A program made the translations under genes and the position numbers. A stretch of DNA of 63,301 bases, the filler included, from Reclinomonas americana ATCC 50394 (lineage: Eukaryota), in NCBI GenBank assembly GCA_048213135.1. It is 44 parts of 44 records of this genome, joined end to end, with 100 filler letters (N's around TTAATTAATTAA, not from the genome) between each part and the next. Parts side by side here need not be neighbours in the genome. Positions count along the whole stretch, not along the records: positions 13,049 to 14,400 come from AFZH01025776.1; positions 14,501 to 15,848 come from AFZH01025777.1; positions 15,949 to 17,294 come from AFZH01025778.1; positions 17,395 to 18,740 come from AFZH01025780.1; positions 18,841 to 20,185 come from AFZH01025781.1; positions 20,286 to 21,629 come from AFZH01025782.1; positions 21,730 to 23,073 come from AFZH01025783.1; positions 23,174 to 24,517 come from AFZH01025784.1; 36 more parts are not named here. One strand, given 5' to 3'. Each line of letters starts with the position of its first letter. Position 1 is the first letter of the stretch. A model generated the notes under the pieces. It saw only the letters and a program-made list of their open reading frames with translations, did not search any database and was not told where the DNA came from. Below are positions 13,220 to 24,722 of the stretch, piece by piece.

Positions 13220-13315
13220 ACTAGCACACGCGCACATACATGCACGCTGATTGAGAGAGGTACGAGGCGATCGCCAACCATCCTCAACGCTCACTGTTGC
13301 TTTGCTTGCTGCAGA

Positions 13316-14240
13316 CGTCCCGACTGTGGACGTTGTGTGTGGTGCCGGCGCCCTGCAACTGCCAGTGTTGCCTCGTCGAAGCATTGAGCGTTGCGTGATG
13401 ACAGACAGCGACGAGGTTCTTTGCCTCCCTCGTTTGATTGTTGTTGCTATTGGATGCATGCAGCCATGGTCGACTTGTTTGCCGAGCGCGGTGGTTTCGA
13501 GGCGCTGCTGCAAATCATTGATGGAGACTCGCAAGGTGGCCCCGTTCGTGGTGCCGTGCGCGCCCTCATACCCCTGTCGCAAGACAGTTGCGCACTCACG
13601 CTATCCGTACATCCATCTCGTGCGTGCCTAACACCCCTCGCCCTCAGTGGAGAACGCAATAATGATTGGCGGCCGTCTCGGTGCACTGTGCGAGGCCATG
13701 TCGAGACGAAACAATGCCAGTATTCAGTCGTCACTCTTTGTCGTACTCCGCAATCTGGTGTGCGCCGACGACTCGCTGGCGGCGCAGCTGGCGGCACCTC
13801 GTCTGCTCGACTCGCTGATCACGGCCTTTGATGACATGGGACAGCAGGCGCTGACGGCGGTGGCGGTGAGGGAGTCGGATTTGTACTCATTAGAGGGCCG
13901 ATTCGCCGCCGCCCAGTTGTTGGCGTTGGTGCTCGACAACTTGGACGGTTTGTGTGTACATGGTCATTGTGCGGAGACAGGCGTGTGACAATGCGTGTGT
14001 TGGTGTGCACAGATGACTCGGAGGGCCACGTGGCCAAGTTGCTCAGCCTGCAACACCACGTCGACTCGTTGTGTCTGCTGCTGTCAGCGATCGACGTTGA
14101 GCCGCAGGATTCAGACGACTATGCCGACGACTTTGTCGATGTGGCGCTGAATCAAATCGACCAATGCCTCACCCACGTACTTCGGTGGCTTGTCGCGCAC
14201 AGTTTCGTTCCCAGCAAAGCTGTCTGTGGTCGAAGACATG
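13316..14240 (+). CDS. ARM/HEAT-like helical-repeat protein fragment
   Basis: Exons FAERGGFEALLQII..AVRALIPLSQD|MENAIMIGGRLGALCEAM..SLFVVLRNLV..LLDSLITAF. Confidence 0.55.
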
Positions 14241-14286
14241 TGTGTGACAATTCTTTCCCGCTCTCTTTCTCTCTCTTTCTTTCTTG

Positions 14287-14330
<44 letters not shown>

Positions 14331-14357
14331 TCTCTTCTTTCTTCTCTTCCCTTCCCT

Positions 14358-14400
<43 letters not shown>

Positions 14401-14525
14401 NNNNNNNNNNNNNNNNNNNNNNNNNNNNNNNNNNNNNNNNNNNNTTAATTAATTAANNNNNNNNNNNNNNNNNNNNNNNNNNNNNNNNNNNNNNNNNNNN
14501 TCTCTCTCTCTCTCTGTGCTTATTC

Positions 14526-15688
14526 GTGGTGAGCGCAGATCGCTGTCGCTTGTACTGTCCATGTGACGACTGCCCGGACCCTGTTTCCGGTTGCGCCCTG
14601 TCCACACAGCCGGCCAACGGTCGACACACGGAAATCCTTGTGCAGGAGCCATTGCCAGGCTTTCCGACATCGACTGCACACTACGCTTCCATGTACACGT
14701 TTCCGCAAGACAACACTGCGGGTTGCGTTGCTGCACGCTGGTCGAGGACGACTCTTGTGGATGTCTCTCATTCGTGACATTTGTGTTTCTCTCTGTTCCA
14801 GATCGTCCGCGCAGCATGAACCTCTTCCGGTCCTACGTTCCGAACACACCCACGGGCGAGGTGGTGCGCCGTTTGCTCTTTGATGCGTTCAGGTGAGCTG
14901 GGAAGAAGAAAGTGGGAAATGCTGTTCCACTTGCTCATGTGCTTCTGTTTTGCGTGAACAGGCAGAGATTGTTGTTTCGCCTAGTCGTCGATGCCACCGA
15001 GCACCGCAGCCGTGTGGTGTGGGATGAGCTCACGCCGATTGAGACTGCCAAGGGACCGTCGCAGCCGCGACAACTCGATGAGTTGCAACAGGCGCTGTCG
15101 GTGCGGGTGGCGCTGCACGTGCCGGGATCGTCGGAGCACCGCGGTCACATGGCGTGGGATAAATCAATGCCGATTGAGTCGGCGCAGCCGCGGCAAGTAG
15201 TTGTGTCGCAGCAAGCGCCGCCGAGGCCAATGGCACTCCACTTGTCGGATACGCCGCCGGGCGACACTGGTACATCTGAGTACCACGGTGCCTTGGAGTG
15301 GACTGGGTTGGGCCCGATTGAGTCGTCGAGGGAGCCGGCACCGCTGCGACAAGTAGTTGCGTCGCAGCAAGCGCCGTTGAGGCCAATGGCACTCCACGTG
15401 TCGGAGACGCCGCCGGGCAACACTGGTACAGCTGGACGCAGCGGCGCCTTGGAGTTCACGGGAATGGGGCCGATTGAGTCGCTGGCGACGCCGTTGGGAA
15501 ACTTCGATGCGTCCGAGTACTACGGTGATTTGGTGTCTGATGTGCTGCCCGATGAGTTTGGGAGACAGCATGCCGATATGGAGGGCATGGAGAAGGATAA
15601 CGATCAACTAGCGTCGCCGGCGTTTGTGACGGCCACTACGCCGCCGTTGCCGTCGGGCTCGGTCAATGCAGCCCTACGGAGCACCTAA
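14526..15688 (+). CDS. Divergent Deltex C-terminal (DTC) domain protein followed by tandem PIES repeats
   Basis: CP..C...TQP.NG...LPGF...Y.FP|..RSYVPNTPTGEVVRRLLFDAFR|QRLLF...VVWD follows the Deltex pattern QP.G.M...LPGY...R.AYLPD..EG..VL.LL..AF.QRLIF...VVWN. Confidence 0.65.
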
Positions 15689-15948
15689 CGGAAGTCGGTT
15701 GCGCTGGATTTACAAGAGGGAGATATGGTTCGCCTTGCGGTGCGGTGGTTCCAGAATTCGGCAATTGGGCGACTTCCAAGATGGGCCATGCGTACGGAAA
15801 TCGACGACTTCCTGCAAGAATCGGTGTGTGCCTCGCTGCAATTAGCTANNNNNNNNNNNNNNNNNNNNNNNNNNNNNNNNNNNNNNNNNNNNTTAATTAA
15901 TTAANNNNNNNNNNNNNNNNNNNNNNNNNNNNNNNNNNNNNNNNNNNN

Positions 15949-17210
15949 AGTCACCGCACGGAAATAGTTGACCGATGCAGACGTCAGCTGCGACAGTGCG
16001 TCACTGATGCTGCTGGTCGATCCAAACGCGCTTGTCGATGGACCGGCAGTGATGCGGCAATCACCAGGTTGCAGCGTGAGCAATCGGACTGCGTTGCCGA
16101 TAAGACTGGCAGCGTACTCTACCGACAGAAGAGTAAGCAAAGCTGATGACAATCTAGCGAGCCAACGGTGGGGCGGTACAGTCAACTTACCGACGACATA
16201 AAGCTGGTTGCCTTGCGCCAAGTACATGCCAAACTGTAAATGTGACGCACAACTCAGCAAAAGACACTGAATCACAATACTTTGTGCAGACCCTAACTGG
16301 CCCACATAGATGGCGATGCCTGCTCGCGATGGACCAACAAGACTGACAGGTGCACATGTACAACCAAATACGCGCAAAGCATCTGCTCACTACTTGCAAT
16401 CACATGCACTTGGAACGCACCGGCGAAAACACAATGGAGTCTGTCAATGGTCCGTCCACTGAGCCAACAGTCATCGCAGGCACTGTGACAATGGAGACCA
16501 TCATGGTGTTGAGATCGAGTTGCTTGACACCAACGCCAGCATCAGCAATGTACAGGATCCGTCGCACGTCGTCCAAATATAGTGCGAGTGGAGTCTGGAA
16601 CTGGGAAGTTGCAGCTGGACCCACAGCATACCCCTGTGTATTCGTGCCCGCAAGAGTGCCAAGCTGCATCGGAGAAGATGCCAAGTCCAGCTGCCGAATT
16701 TTGAAGCCTAGTCTAGCCCCCACATACAGCTTGTTGGCTGTCAAATCCAACGCCAACCCCGCGGGTTCGTTAAACTTCGTGGCAGTGGACGAGCAGGAGC
16801 CATCGGCAGAACCAGAACTTCCGTATTGACCACACAGCAGTGTGATGGACGAGCCGTCGGCATTCACACGCCTATGACACAATCAAATAAGTTAGTGAGT
16901 GGACGCGTTTGATCTCCAACAACACTAATGAGGAAGCAACAGGATACTATATATACGGCTGACAGAAAAACTCATTCCCATGCAATGTCACTTGCTCCAC
17001 TCTCACTTACTCCATTACACCACGCTCGCTTGCTGAGTGCCACTCACCGCACAGTGTGCATGTTAAACTCGGAGAAATACACCACCTGATTCCCCGCGTC
17101 GTATGCCACGCTGTAGATGAAGTCCGGAGCCGGCGTTGCGCTAGTGCTCCTAACCAACGTCCTGGTGTATCCAGTTGAAGACACTCGTCGAAGGGCATTG
17201 TTCGAGGCCT
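15949..17210 (-). CDS. NHL-repeat beta-propeller surface protein followed by the start of an FN3-like domain (partial)
   Basis: G.ADG...AKFNEPAGLALD...LYV, GYAVGPAATSQFQTPLALYLD..LYIAD; ends LSQLTSASVNYFRAVT. Confidence 0.8.
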
Positions 17211-17960
17211 GTGAAAAAACGTTGAGGGAAGGGCGGGAGAGTATAGCGAGCAAACAGCGAATCATATCGAGTATTATGACAAACAGGAAAGCTTNNNNNN
17301 NNNNNNNNNNNNNNNNNNNNNNNNNNNNNNNNNNNNNNTTAATTAATTAANNNNNNNNNNNNNNNNNNNNNNNNNNNNNNNNNNNNNNNNNNNNAGTGAA
17401 GGAACATGGTGAAGGAGCAGGGGGAGGGAACAGGGGGAAGATGGAGGGGAAGAAGGGGGAAAGAGAAGGGGGAGGAACGGGGGGAAGGAACGGGGGGAAG
17501 GGTGGAGGGGGAAGGAACAGGGGGAAGGAACAGAGAGAGAGAGGGAGTGTGTGTATGTGTGTGCGAGAGACGAGCGACGATACTCAGATGAAACTAAACA
17601 AGCAGCAAACCAGAAAGATGTTTGACAAGAAAGAAAGCTGACAGTGGACAGGATGCGGAAGTGACGCTCGATTTGAGCGACAAAAACGCAACGAAAATGC
17701 GCGCTCGACCTCGGTCACTGCCGCTGTAGTTCTGGTCTGCTCAAAAGAGAAACCGACGGCACTGGCTGGCACGGCGGAGACCAACCGAGCTGTGCGCAAC
17801 AAACCATGAGCACATGCTGCCGGCGACGAAAATCTCGCGTGCACGAAACTATCGTCTTCACTGCGTGTTGTCGACCGCAGGTTGCTTATCGTGGTTTGTG
17901 CTGCGCGACTGCCAGTGAGAGAACGCACGATGAGCGAGACAATCTCTTCTTGTCAATTAC

Positions 17961-18530
17961 CGTCTTGCAGCTCGCTCATCAGCTTCTTGAATCGCTCCTT
18001 TAGTCGCTGATGGTCTTCGCGATCCGCCTGCCAAACTCACATGAGTGCAACATCATCGCATTTCTCCTCGACAGGACACGCACCTGTAGTGCGGCGTTCT
18101 GATGTGACAGCGTCTCCAGCTGCTCCGACAGCTGCACATTGCGTGACTTGAGATCGTTGCGTTCCATGCGGAGCTCACTGCAGCTCTGCGCACAAAAAGG
18201 GGGTCAGAACTGTCCGCATCACGCAGGCAACGCAACAACACGCACATCCAGCAATGTCCGCGTGTCGGCCACCAGCTCGTCATTGCGCAGCTTGAGATCC
18301 GCCACCGCCGCCTCGTGCGCCTTGTTCATGTCGCCAATGGTACGCTCCAATCGCAGCTGCTCCTTCTGCAGCTCCTCATTGCGCTGCAGCAGCTGGTTGC
18401 CGTAGTCCACCGCCTGCTTCAGCGACTCGACCGCCGAGTTCACCTCCGACTCCAGGTGGTACACCTTGGCTTGCCTGCGAGGGTGCGAGACGAATGGGTG
18501 GCGGCGCTCATCGTCTTCGTCGGTCAACAT
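17961..18530 (-). CDS. Coiled-coil protein with a CC1-box-like motif (HAP1/TRAK/BICDL/Spindly type)
   Basis: LKQAVDYGNQLLQRNEELQKE resembles L..AAx.G..LL..N..L; downstream GT-AG exons continue as coiled coil. Confidence 0.55.
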
Positions 18531-18916
18531 GGTTGCTCTCTCACGTGCGACAAGGACGGAAGTGAAAGTGATCGGCACGGGAGAATGTGGGATGAAGGAA
18601 GGCAAAGGGGGGAAGGGGGAGAGGAGAAGGAAGGAGAGGAGAAGGACGGGATGGGAGGGCGAGAGTGTAGGAAAGAAGAACCTGGTGAAGTGATTGTCAG
18701 ACCGATAGATAGACAGATAGACAGTCTGTGTGTGTGTGTGNNNNNNNNNNNNNNNNNNNNNNNNNNNNNNNNNNNNNNNNNNNNTTAATTAATTAANNNN
18801 NNNNNNNNNNNNNNNNNNNNNNNNNNNNNNNNNNNNNNNNAGGAGAGGGAGAGAGGGAGCGATTGTGTGAAGCAGTGTGTGCGTGTATGCCTGCATCTCT
18901 CGTGAAGTATGCGCAC

Positions 18917-19054
18917 CTCGGCAGCACGATTCGCCTCAATGAGATCCTGCGGAGTGAACGGGTACTTGCCGCCACCGCCATTGGGCGTCGCAGCAGTGTG
19001 CTTTCCATTCGTTGTCGTGTGGCCATTCGCCACTGCGCCACTCTTCTTCATCAT
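18917..19054 (-). CDS. Short N-terminal exon, possibly of an S9-family peptidase
   Basis: MMKKSG...KYPFTPQDLIEANRAAE then a gtgcgc donor; FTPxDL...R resembles S9 peptidase N-termini (weak). Confidence 0.25.
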
Positions 19055-19423
19055 GACAATTAACGAGCCTGCAAAAAAAAAACAAACAAACAAGAGCGTG
19101 AGAGGTTTTCGCAAAAAAAGATGCGATGATCAGAAAACGAAGAAGGAGATGCAGCGGGCGCGAAGGCAGGCAAAGGAAAACAACAGCAAAGGAAGGCGAA
19201 GAAACACAGAGCGAGCGAGCGAGCGAAAAAACGCGTGAGAAAATGTCTCACACGACGCACACACACACACACGCGCGCGCAAGCAACGAAACACAGAGGA
19301 AGACAGAGAGAAAAGGCGACGTGGCAAACAAGCTCAGTGGAACACCGCGCACCTCCGCTCTCAACAAAGACACAATGTGAGTGATCCACCAATCAACGAA
19401 AACCACTCACTTTTGTCATCATC

Positions 19424-19664
19424 ATGCCTCCGACGAGCGCTGCGACTTCTTCCACGCGGAAGCCGGCGTCTCCGACGTCGTTCTCCTTCCACCTTGTGTT
19501 GCCTGTTGTTGCGGTGATTCTTGTGCTGTTGTATGTGGTGGCGATTCCGTGGTGGGCGTTGCTGGTGGGCACGTGCGCGGCGCTGTGTGTGGCCTCGTGG
19601 GTGTGGTACACGGTGAAGCGCGCGGGAGCGCCGGGGGCGACGTGGGTGGTGCCGTTCTTTGGAT
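19424..19664 (+). CDS. First exon of a membrane-anchored protein, possibly a cytochrome P450 N-terminus
   Basis: Hydrophobic segments followed by KRAGAPGATWVVPFFG (PG...P..G hinge), then a GTTGCG donor; next exon not identified. Confidence 0.35.
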
Positions 19665-20285
19665 GTTGCGTGCACTGACTGATGCAATGCAATGCATGGG
19701 GTGTGCATTGTGGCATGCACGACGATCAGTGGATTGAGAGTGAGGGAGAGGAGCAGGAGTAGTGTGGGGCAACGAGGTGCTGTTTGGTGGACGCCAAAGT
19801 GGCGTGCATTTCCGTCGCCATGGAGACGTGCATTTCGATTTTTGTTGTCTCGGGTTTCTCCGGTGCTTGTCTCGTGCACTCTTTCCCACCCCTTTCTCTC
19901 TTTCTCTATCCGCTTCTCTCCTTGGGTGTGCATTCCTTGGTGATTTGCATGCACGACGACGATCAGTGGATCAAGAGAGAGAGAGAGAGGGAGAGGAGGA
20001 GGAGTGAAGTCGGTTGAGGAAATGATTTCTTGTGGATGCCATTGTGGCTTCTGTGGTGCACTTCTGGAAGACGCGCTGTTTGTCTCGAGCTCCTCCGCTA
20101 CTTCACTCATCTTGTCTGCCCCTTCCTTACTCCCCCTTCGCAGTCCTTCACTCTGTGCTTGCCTTCCCTTCTCTCTCTCTCTCTCNNNNNNNNNNNNNNN
20201 NNNNNNNNNNNNNNNNNNNNNNNNNNNNNTTAATTAATTAANNNNNNNNNNNNNNNNNNNNNNNNNNNNNNNNNNNNNNNNNNNN

Positions 20286-20631
20286 TTGAGTCGCTGGTCG
20301 GACAGCGTGTGGTGCAGGTCGCCGCCGGTCGCAGTCACAGTTTGGCGCTGACTGGTGAGGAATGTCACAAAGGGAAATGGCGTGGCGAAGTGCTGATTTC
20401 TGCATGTTGCGAACAGAGTCCGGTGTGCTGTACGCGTGGGGGTCGGGAAACACTGGTCAGACGGGCATGGTGCGTGTGTACATGGATTGGTAGTTTGCGA
20501 GTGACACCTGTTGATGGTGGCCATGGCAGGGTGATCGCAAAATGCTCGTCTCGCCGCGTGTCGTGTCATTAGCCGGTGGTCCGAAAATCACCGACATTTT
20601 CTGCGGTGCCAGTCACTCGCTGTTGCTGGCA
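20286..20631 (+). CDS. RCC1-repeat protein fragment
   Basis: LVGQRVVQVAAGRSHSLALT|ESGVLYAWGSGNTGQTG...KITDIFCGASHSLLLA. Confidence 0.85.
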
Positions 20632-20784
20632 GGTGGGTGTATCGCAAAGGGCGTGAGCTCTGTATCTGTGTGACGGCAAAGTATGTGGGAGCGTGTGCAC
20701 AGCCGCGCCAATGACTGTCGCTGTCTATGCGTGAATGGGTAGAACTGAGCGTGCCAGTGCGTCATGATTTGCTTTCTCGCCCTT

Positions 20785-21200
20785 GTAATCTATGTGATTG
20801 TACGTTCTTTGTGTTTTGCTTGCTTCTCTGCGTGCTCGCTCCAATGATCGTCTTTTTGTATCGTTGGCAGGGAGTGTGTTAGACAATGTGATTGTGCTTT
20901 CGCTTGCTTCTCTGCGTTCGCGCTGCAGTGTGCGTTTGGTTGTGTGATTGGCAGTGTGTATGCGTAATTTGATTTCTTTGTGTTTGCGCTTGCTGCACGG
21001 TGTGCGCGTGGCTATAAGTGTCTGGTTGTGCGTTTGGGAGTGAGTGTGTGTAGCAATGTGATTTGATTTCTTCGTGTTTGCGCTTGCTGCTCAGCGTGTG
21101 CGCTGGAGCGAGTGTCTGATTGCGTGTTTTGCAGTGAGTGAGTGAGTGAGTGTGACTTGCGTTCTTTGTGTCTTTGTTCTTGCTGCTGCACTTCATGCGC
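20785..21200. repeat. Degenerate ~80-nt tandem repeat (..ATGTGATT...TTTGCGCTTGCT..)
   Basis: About five imperfect copies visible. Confidence 0.55.
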
Positions 21201-21729
21201 GTTACAGTGAGTATCGAAACTGACAGTATGTATAACAAGTTTGTATTGCGTTTCTTAAATCTGCATCGAGTCGCGTTGCACTCACTATCCTACATTCGTC
21301 GCCACCACTTTCCCCGTGATGCGCACATTCTGGCCTCATGATCTTCTTCGTTCTGTATTCTGATCTGAGTCCTGTGTCAATGGATGTGATTTAATAATGT
21401 TTCCTAATCCTTCGCCCCTTCTCCGTCACCCTCTCCTTCACCCTCTCCTTCACTCCTTCTCCTTCACCCCTTCTCCTTCACTGCCTTCTCCTTCACAACA
21501 TTCTCCTTCATCCCTTCTCCTTTGTCCCTTTCTCTCACCCTCTCCCTCACCCCTTCCCATTCACTCCCTTCCCCTTCACTCCCTTCTCGCTCACCCCCTT
21601 CTCCTTCACCCCTTCCCCCTTCCCCCTTCNNNNNNNNNNNNNNNNNNNNNNNNNNNNNNNNNNNNNNNNNNNNTTAATTAATTAANNNNNNNNNNNNNNN
21701 NNNNNNNNNNNNNNNNNNNNNNNNNNNNN

Positions 21730-23073
21730 GGCTCGTCGGTGGCGATCACCGGCCCTCTCTCCACCACCGGCACCGGACTCACGTCGCTTGGCGGCAATCT
21801 GTCCGTGGCGGGAACCACCACTTTTACAGGTCTGGCAACCGCCTCCGCTGGTGTCACTGTGCCGTCGGGCGGTGTGACGCTTACCGGAGCCACTTCGCCG
21901 TTGACGGTGGGCTCTTCGGCCACCGCACTCGGCGGCACGCTCACTGTCACGGGACTGACCACGCTAAACGGCGGCATGTCCATGACTGGAGCGCTCACTG
22001 TGAACGGTGACTTGGTCATTACCAGTCCAAACACCTTTACGCTGGTCGGCACCGGCCTGACATCTCTCGGCGGCGGTCTCAGTGTGGCCGGCACGACGCA
22101 GTTGGCAGGAGCTTTCTCGGCCAACAGCTCCAGCACTTTTGCTGGCAGCGTGTCCATCACTGCAGCGAATACGCTGACGGTCGGCACCGGGGCGACCACT
22201 CTTGGTGGCACGCTCGGTGTGACCGGCATCGCCACATTCAACAATTCCGTCAGTGTCGCCGCGGGTCAGACGTTCACGGTGGTCAGTGGCGCCTCGTCAC
22301 TCGGTGGTACACTGAGTGTGGCGGGTGCGACGTCATTGGCAAGCACGCTCACTGTTGGAGGTGCCACGACGCTGAACGCGGCTCTGTCGCTCTCAGCGAA
22401 CAACCCGCTGACGGTGACCACGGGCACGACGACGTTGGGTGGTCCAGTGAGCGTAACTGGTGTCTCCACTTTTGTTGGCGCCGTTATCGCCAATGGCACC
22501 TCCACGTTCAACAACTCGGTCTCCGTCTCAGGCACCAACACGTTGACGGTCGGCACGGGCCCCACAGTTCTCGGCGGTACACTGAGCGTCGGTTCGACGT
22601 CGCAGTTCACCGGTCTCATGACGGGTAGCGCTGGCGCGACGTTTGCCGGCAACGTGGCTGTGACTGGTACCAGCACTCTGTCGGTGGCCACTGGTGCGAC
22701 CACTCTTGGTGGCACTCTCGGTGTCACCGGCGCCACAACTCTCTCGTCCACGCTCGGTGTGACAGGTGCGACCACACTGGCTGGAACTGTCTCTGTCACT
22801 GGCACCACGTTCACGGTGGCCACCGGCTCCAGCAGCCTCGGAGGCACGCTGCAGGTGACATCAGGCACCACCCTCCTCTCCACTCTCGACGTCACCGGCA
22901 CCACTGTGCTGCGCAACAACACGACAGTCAACGGCGCCAGCACGTTTACCGTGGGCACTGGTGCTACGACTCTTGGTGGTACACTGACGGTGGCCGGTCT
23001 CAGTACGCTCAATTTGGGTCTCACTGTGTCAGGTGGCGCCGTCGAGTTTAACGGCAACACCACAGTCACCGGC
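21730..23073 (+). CDS. Gly/Thr/Ser/Val beta-solenoid-type repeat protein (TVGTGATTLGGTLxVxG units), internal fragment
   Basis: Intron-free ORF over the whole contig with more than 10 (T/S)xLGGxLxVxG repeats, ~34-aa period. Confidence 0.75.
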
Positions 23074-23201
23074 NNNNNNNNNNNNNNNNNNNNNNNNNNN
23101 NNNNNNNNNNNNNNNNNTTAATTAATTAANNNNNNNNNNNNNNNNNNNNNNNNNNNNNNNNNNNNNNNNNNNNCACTACTACTCTCTCTCTCTTCCTCCT
23201 C

Positions 23202-23247
<46 letters not shown>

Positions 23248-23338
23248 TTCTTCTTCTGCTCCTTCTACTTCTTCCCCGTTCCTTCCTCCTTCCCTCTCAC
23301 TCTCTCCCTCTCCCTCTCTTCCTTCAACAGCCACGTAC

Positions 23339-24517
23339 CACACAGAGTACAATCCATTCGTCAGTGCCGTCGACGGGCTCGGCGTCTTGACTGTTTTGAT
23401 TGTAGCATCACTCGACACCGACACGTGCGTCAGTGCCGTCCCACTCCCGCTGCACGTTGCCCCCGACTCCACCTGCACCACGTCACTCGCCAACAAGTTC
23501 ACACCCGTCACCACAATCTGCACATTGCTCGTTGTCGCTGCAATCGACGTCGGCGAGAACCCTGTCGTCAGTGCTCCAGATGCTGCATACCACATCACGG
23601 CATGTGTTAGATATTGCAGTCCATCAATCACAAATATATATCATACACACGCGCAGACGCACTCGTAAACGACAGTGTCGACCCGGTAAGCACCGTCGAG
23701 TCGGACAGCACAGTCACTGCACGGAAGTAGTACGTCGCGCCACTGTTGAGCTGCGCGACAGCCTTGGATATCGACGCGGAAGAGCCGGCCCCGGTCGTGC
23801 TCGGCGATGCCGTGATCCGTGCAGTTGATGGTTGCAACTTGATCAGAAGGATCACACTCGCGGTTAAGTCTGTACCAACAAGGCCATATCAGATGCTCAA
23901 TACCTCCAGTAGTTCACAAGCCCTCCCTTATCTTCTTCGACTCACCGGCGGCATACAACCGATTACCGTTGACGACCATGCCAAACTGCACAAAGAGTTG
24001 CGTGTCAGTTCGTTGTGTTGAAATCGCAATGCAACACAGGCAGCAAGTGGTATATACCGCATATTGGATCCGCGCACTCGCCAACGGACCGTTCACACTA
24101 CCCGCTGGCCCACGAATGATGGTTGAAACATCCATACTCGACAGGTCGAGTTGACGAATACTAGCATGATCGCGCTCGCCAACATACAGCACATCGCGTG
24201 TAATATCCAGAACCACGCCGAATGTCGACTGGAAAGTCGCACTGAGCGCAGCTCCGTCACCTGTTCCAGTCGTCCCAGTGCCCGCAATCGTCGTCACTTG
24301 GTTCGACGTCAAATCGATTTGGCGAATGACCAAGTTGGTACCAGAGCCCACGTACAACACATTGCGTGCCTGATCGACCGCAAACGAAGAAGGTTGAGTC
24401 AACGTAGCAGCCGTCAAACAATTGCCGTCGGTGGATCCAGTCGTATTGTGCTGTCCGCAGAACACAATCGCGCCAGTCCCATCACTCTTGATGCGACTGT
24501 ATACGCCAAATAATGGG
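23339..24517 (-). CDS. Surface protein: NHL repeats, FN3-like domain, two-Cys TIG-like repeat (paralog of 15949-17210)
   Basis: GSTDGNCLTAATLTQPSSFAVD..LYV; GTGDGAALSATFQSTFGV; QLNSGATYYFRAVT...GSTLSFTS; FSPTSI...VTGVNL...C...NGLYSV(C). Confidence 0.8.
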
Positions 24518-24722
24518 NNNNNNNNNNNNNNNNNNNNNNNNNNNNNNNNNNNNNNNNNNNNTTAATTAATTAANNNNNNNNNNNNNNNNNNNNNNNNNNN
24601 NNNNNNNNNNNNNNNNNAAACAAAGAAAAGCGCTGCACAACAAGTTGCTCATGCCATTCATGCACGAGGACAGAGAGGAATGAAAAAACGTCGTCTTGGC
24701 CTTGATGGCGCAATGCACTCAC

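Noticed and set aside
15686..15688. Stop-codon reassignment (TAA as Gln)
   Set aside because: TAA ends RAB23 right after its CSLL motif and ends the H+-PPase at the expected position; conserved exons show no internal TAA/TAG.
16940..16947. GTATCCTG (minus strand) as a U12 GT-AG donor
   Set aside because: It lies inside an ordinary GTGAGT...AG intron of the NHL gene.
21678..23069. Long antisense ORFs opposite repeat or GC-rich genes (also 53561-54535, 34650-35777)
   Set aside because: Expected shadow ORFs from high-GC codon usage; no independent motifs.
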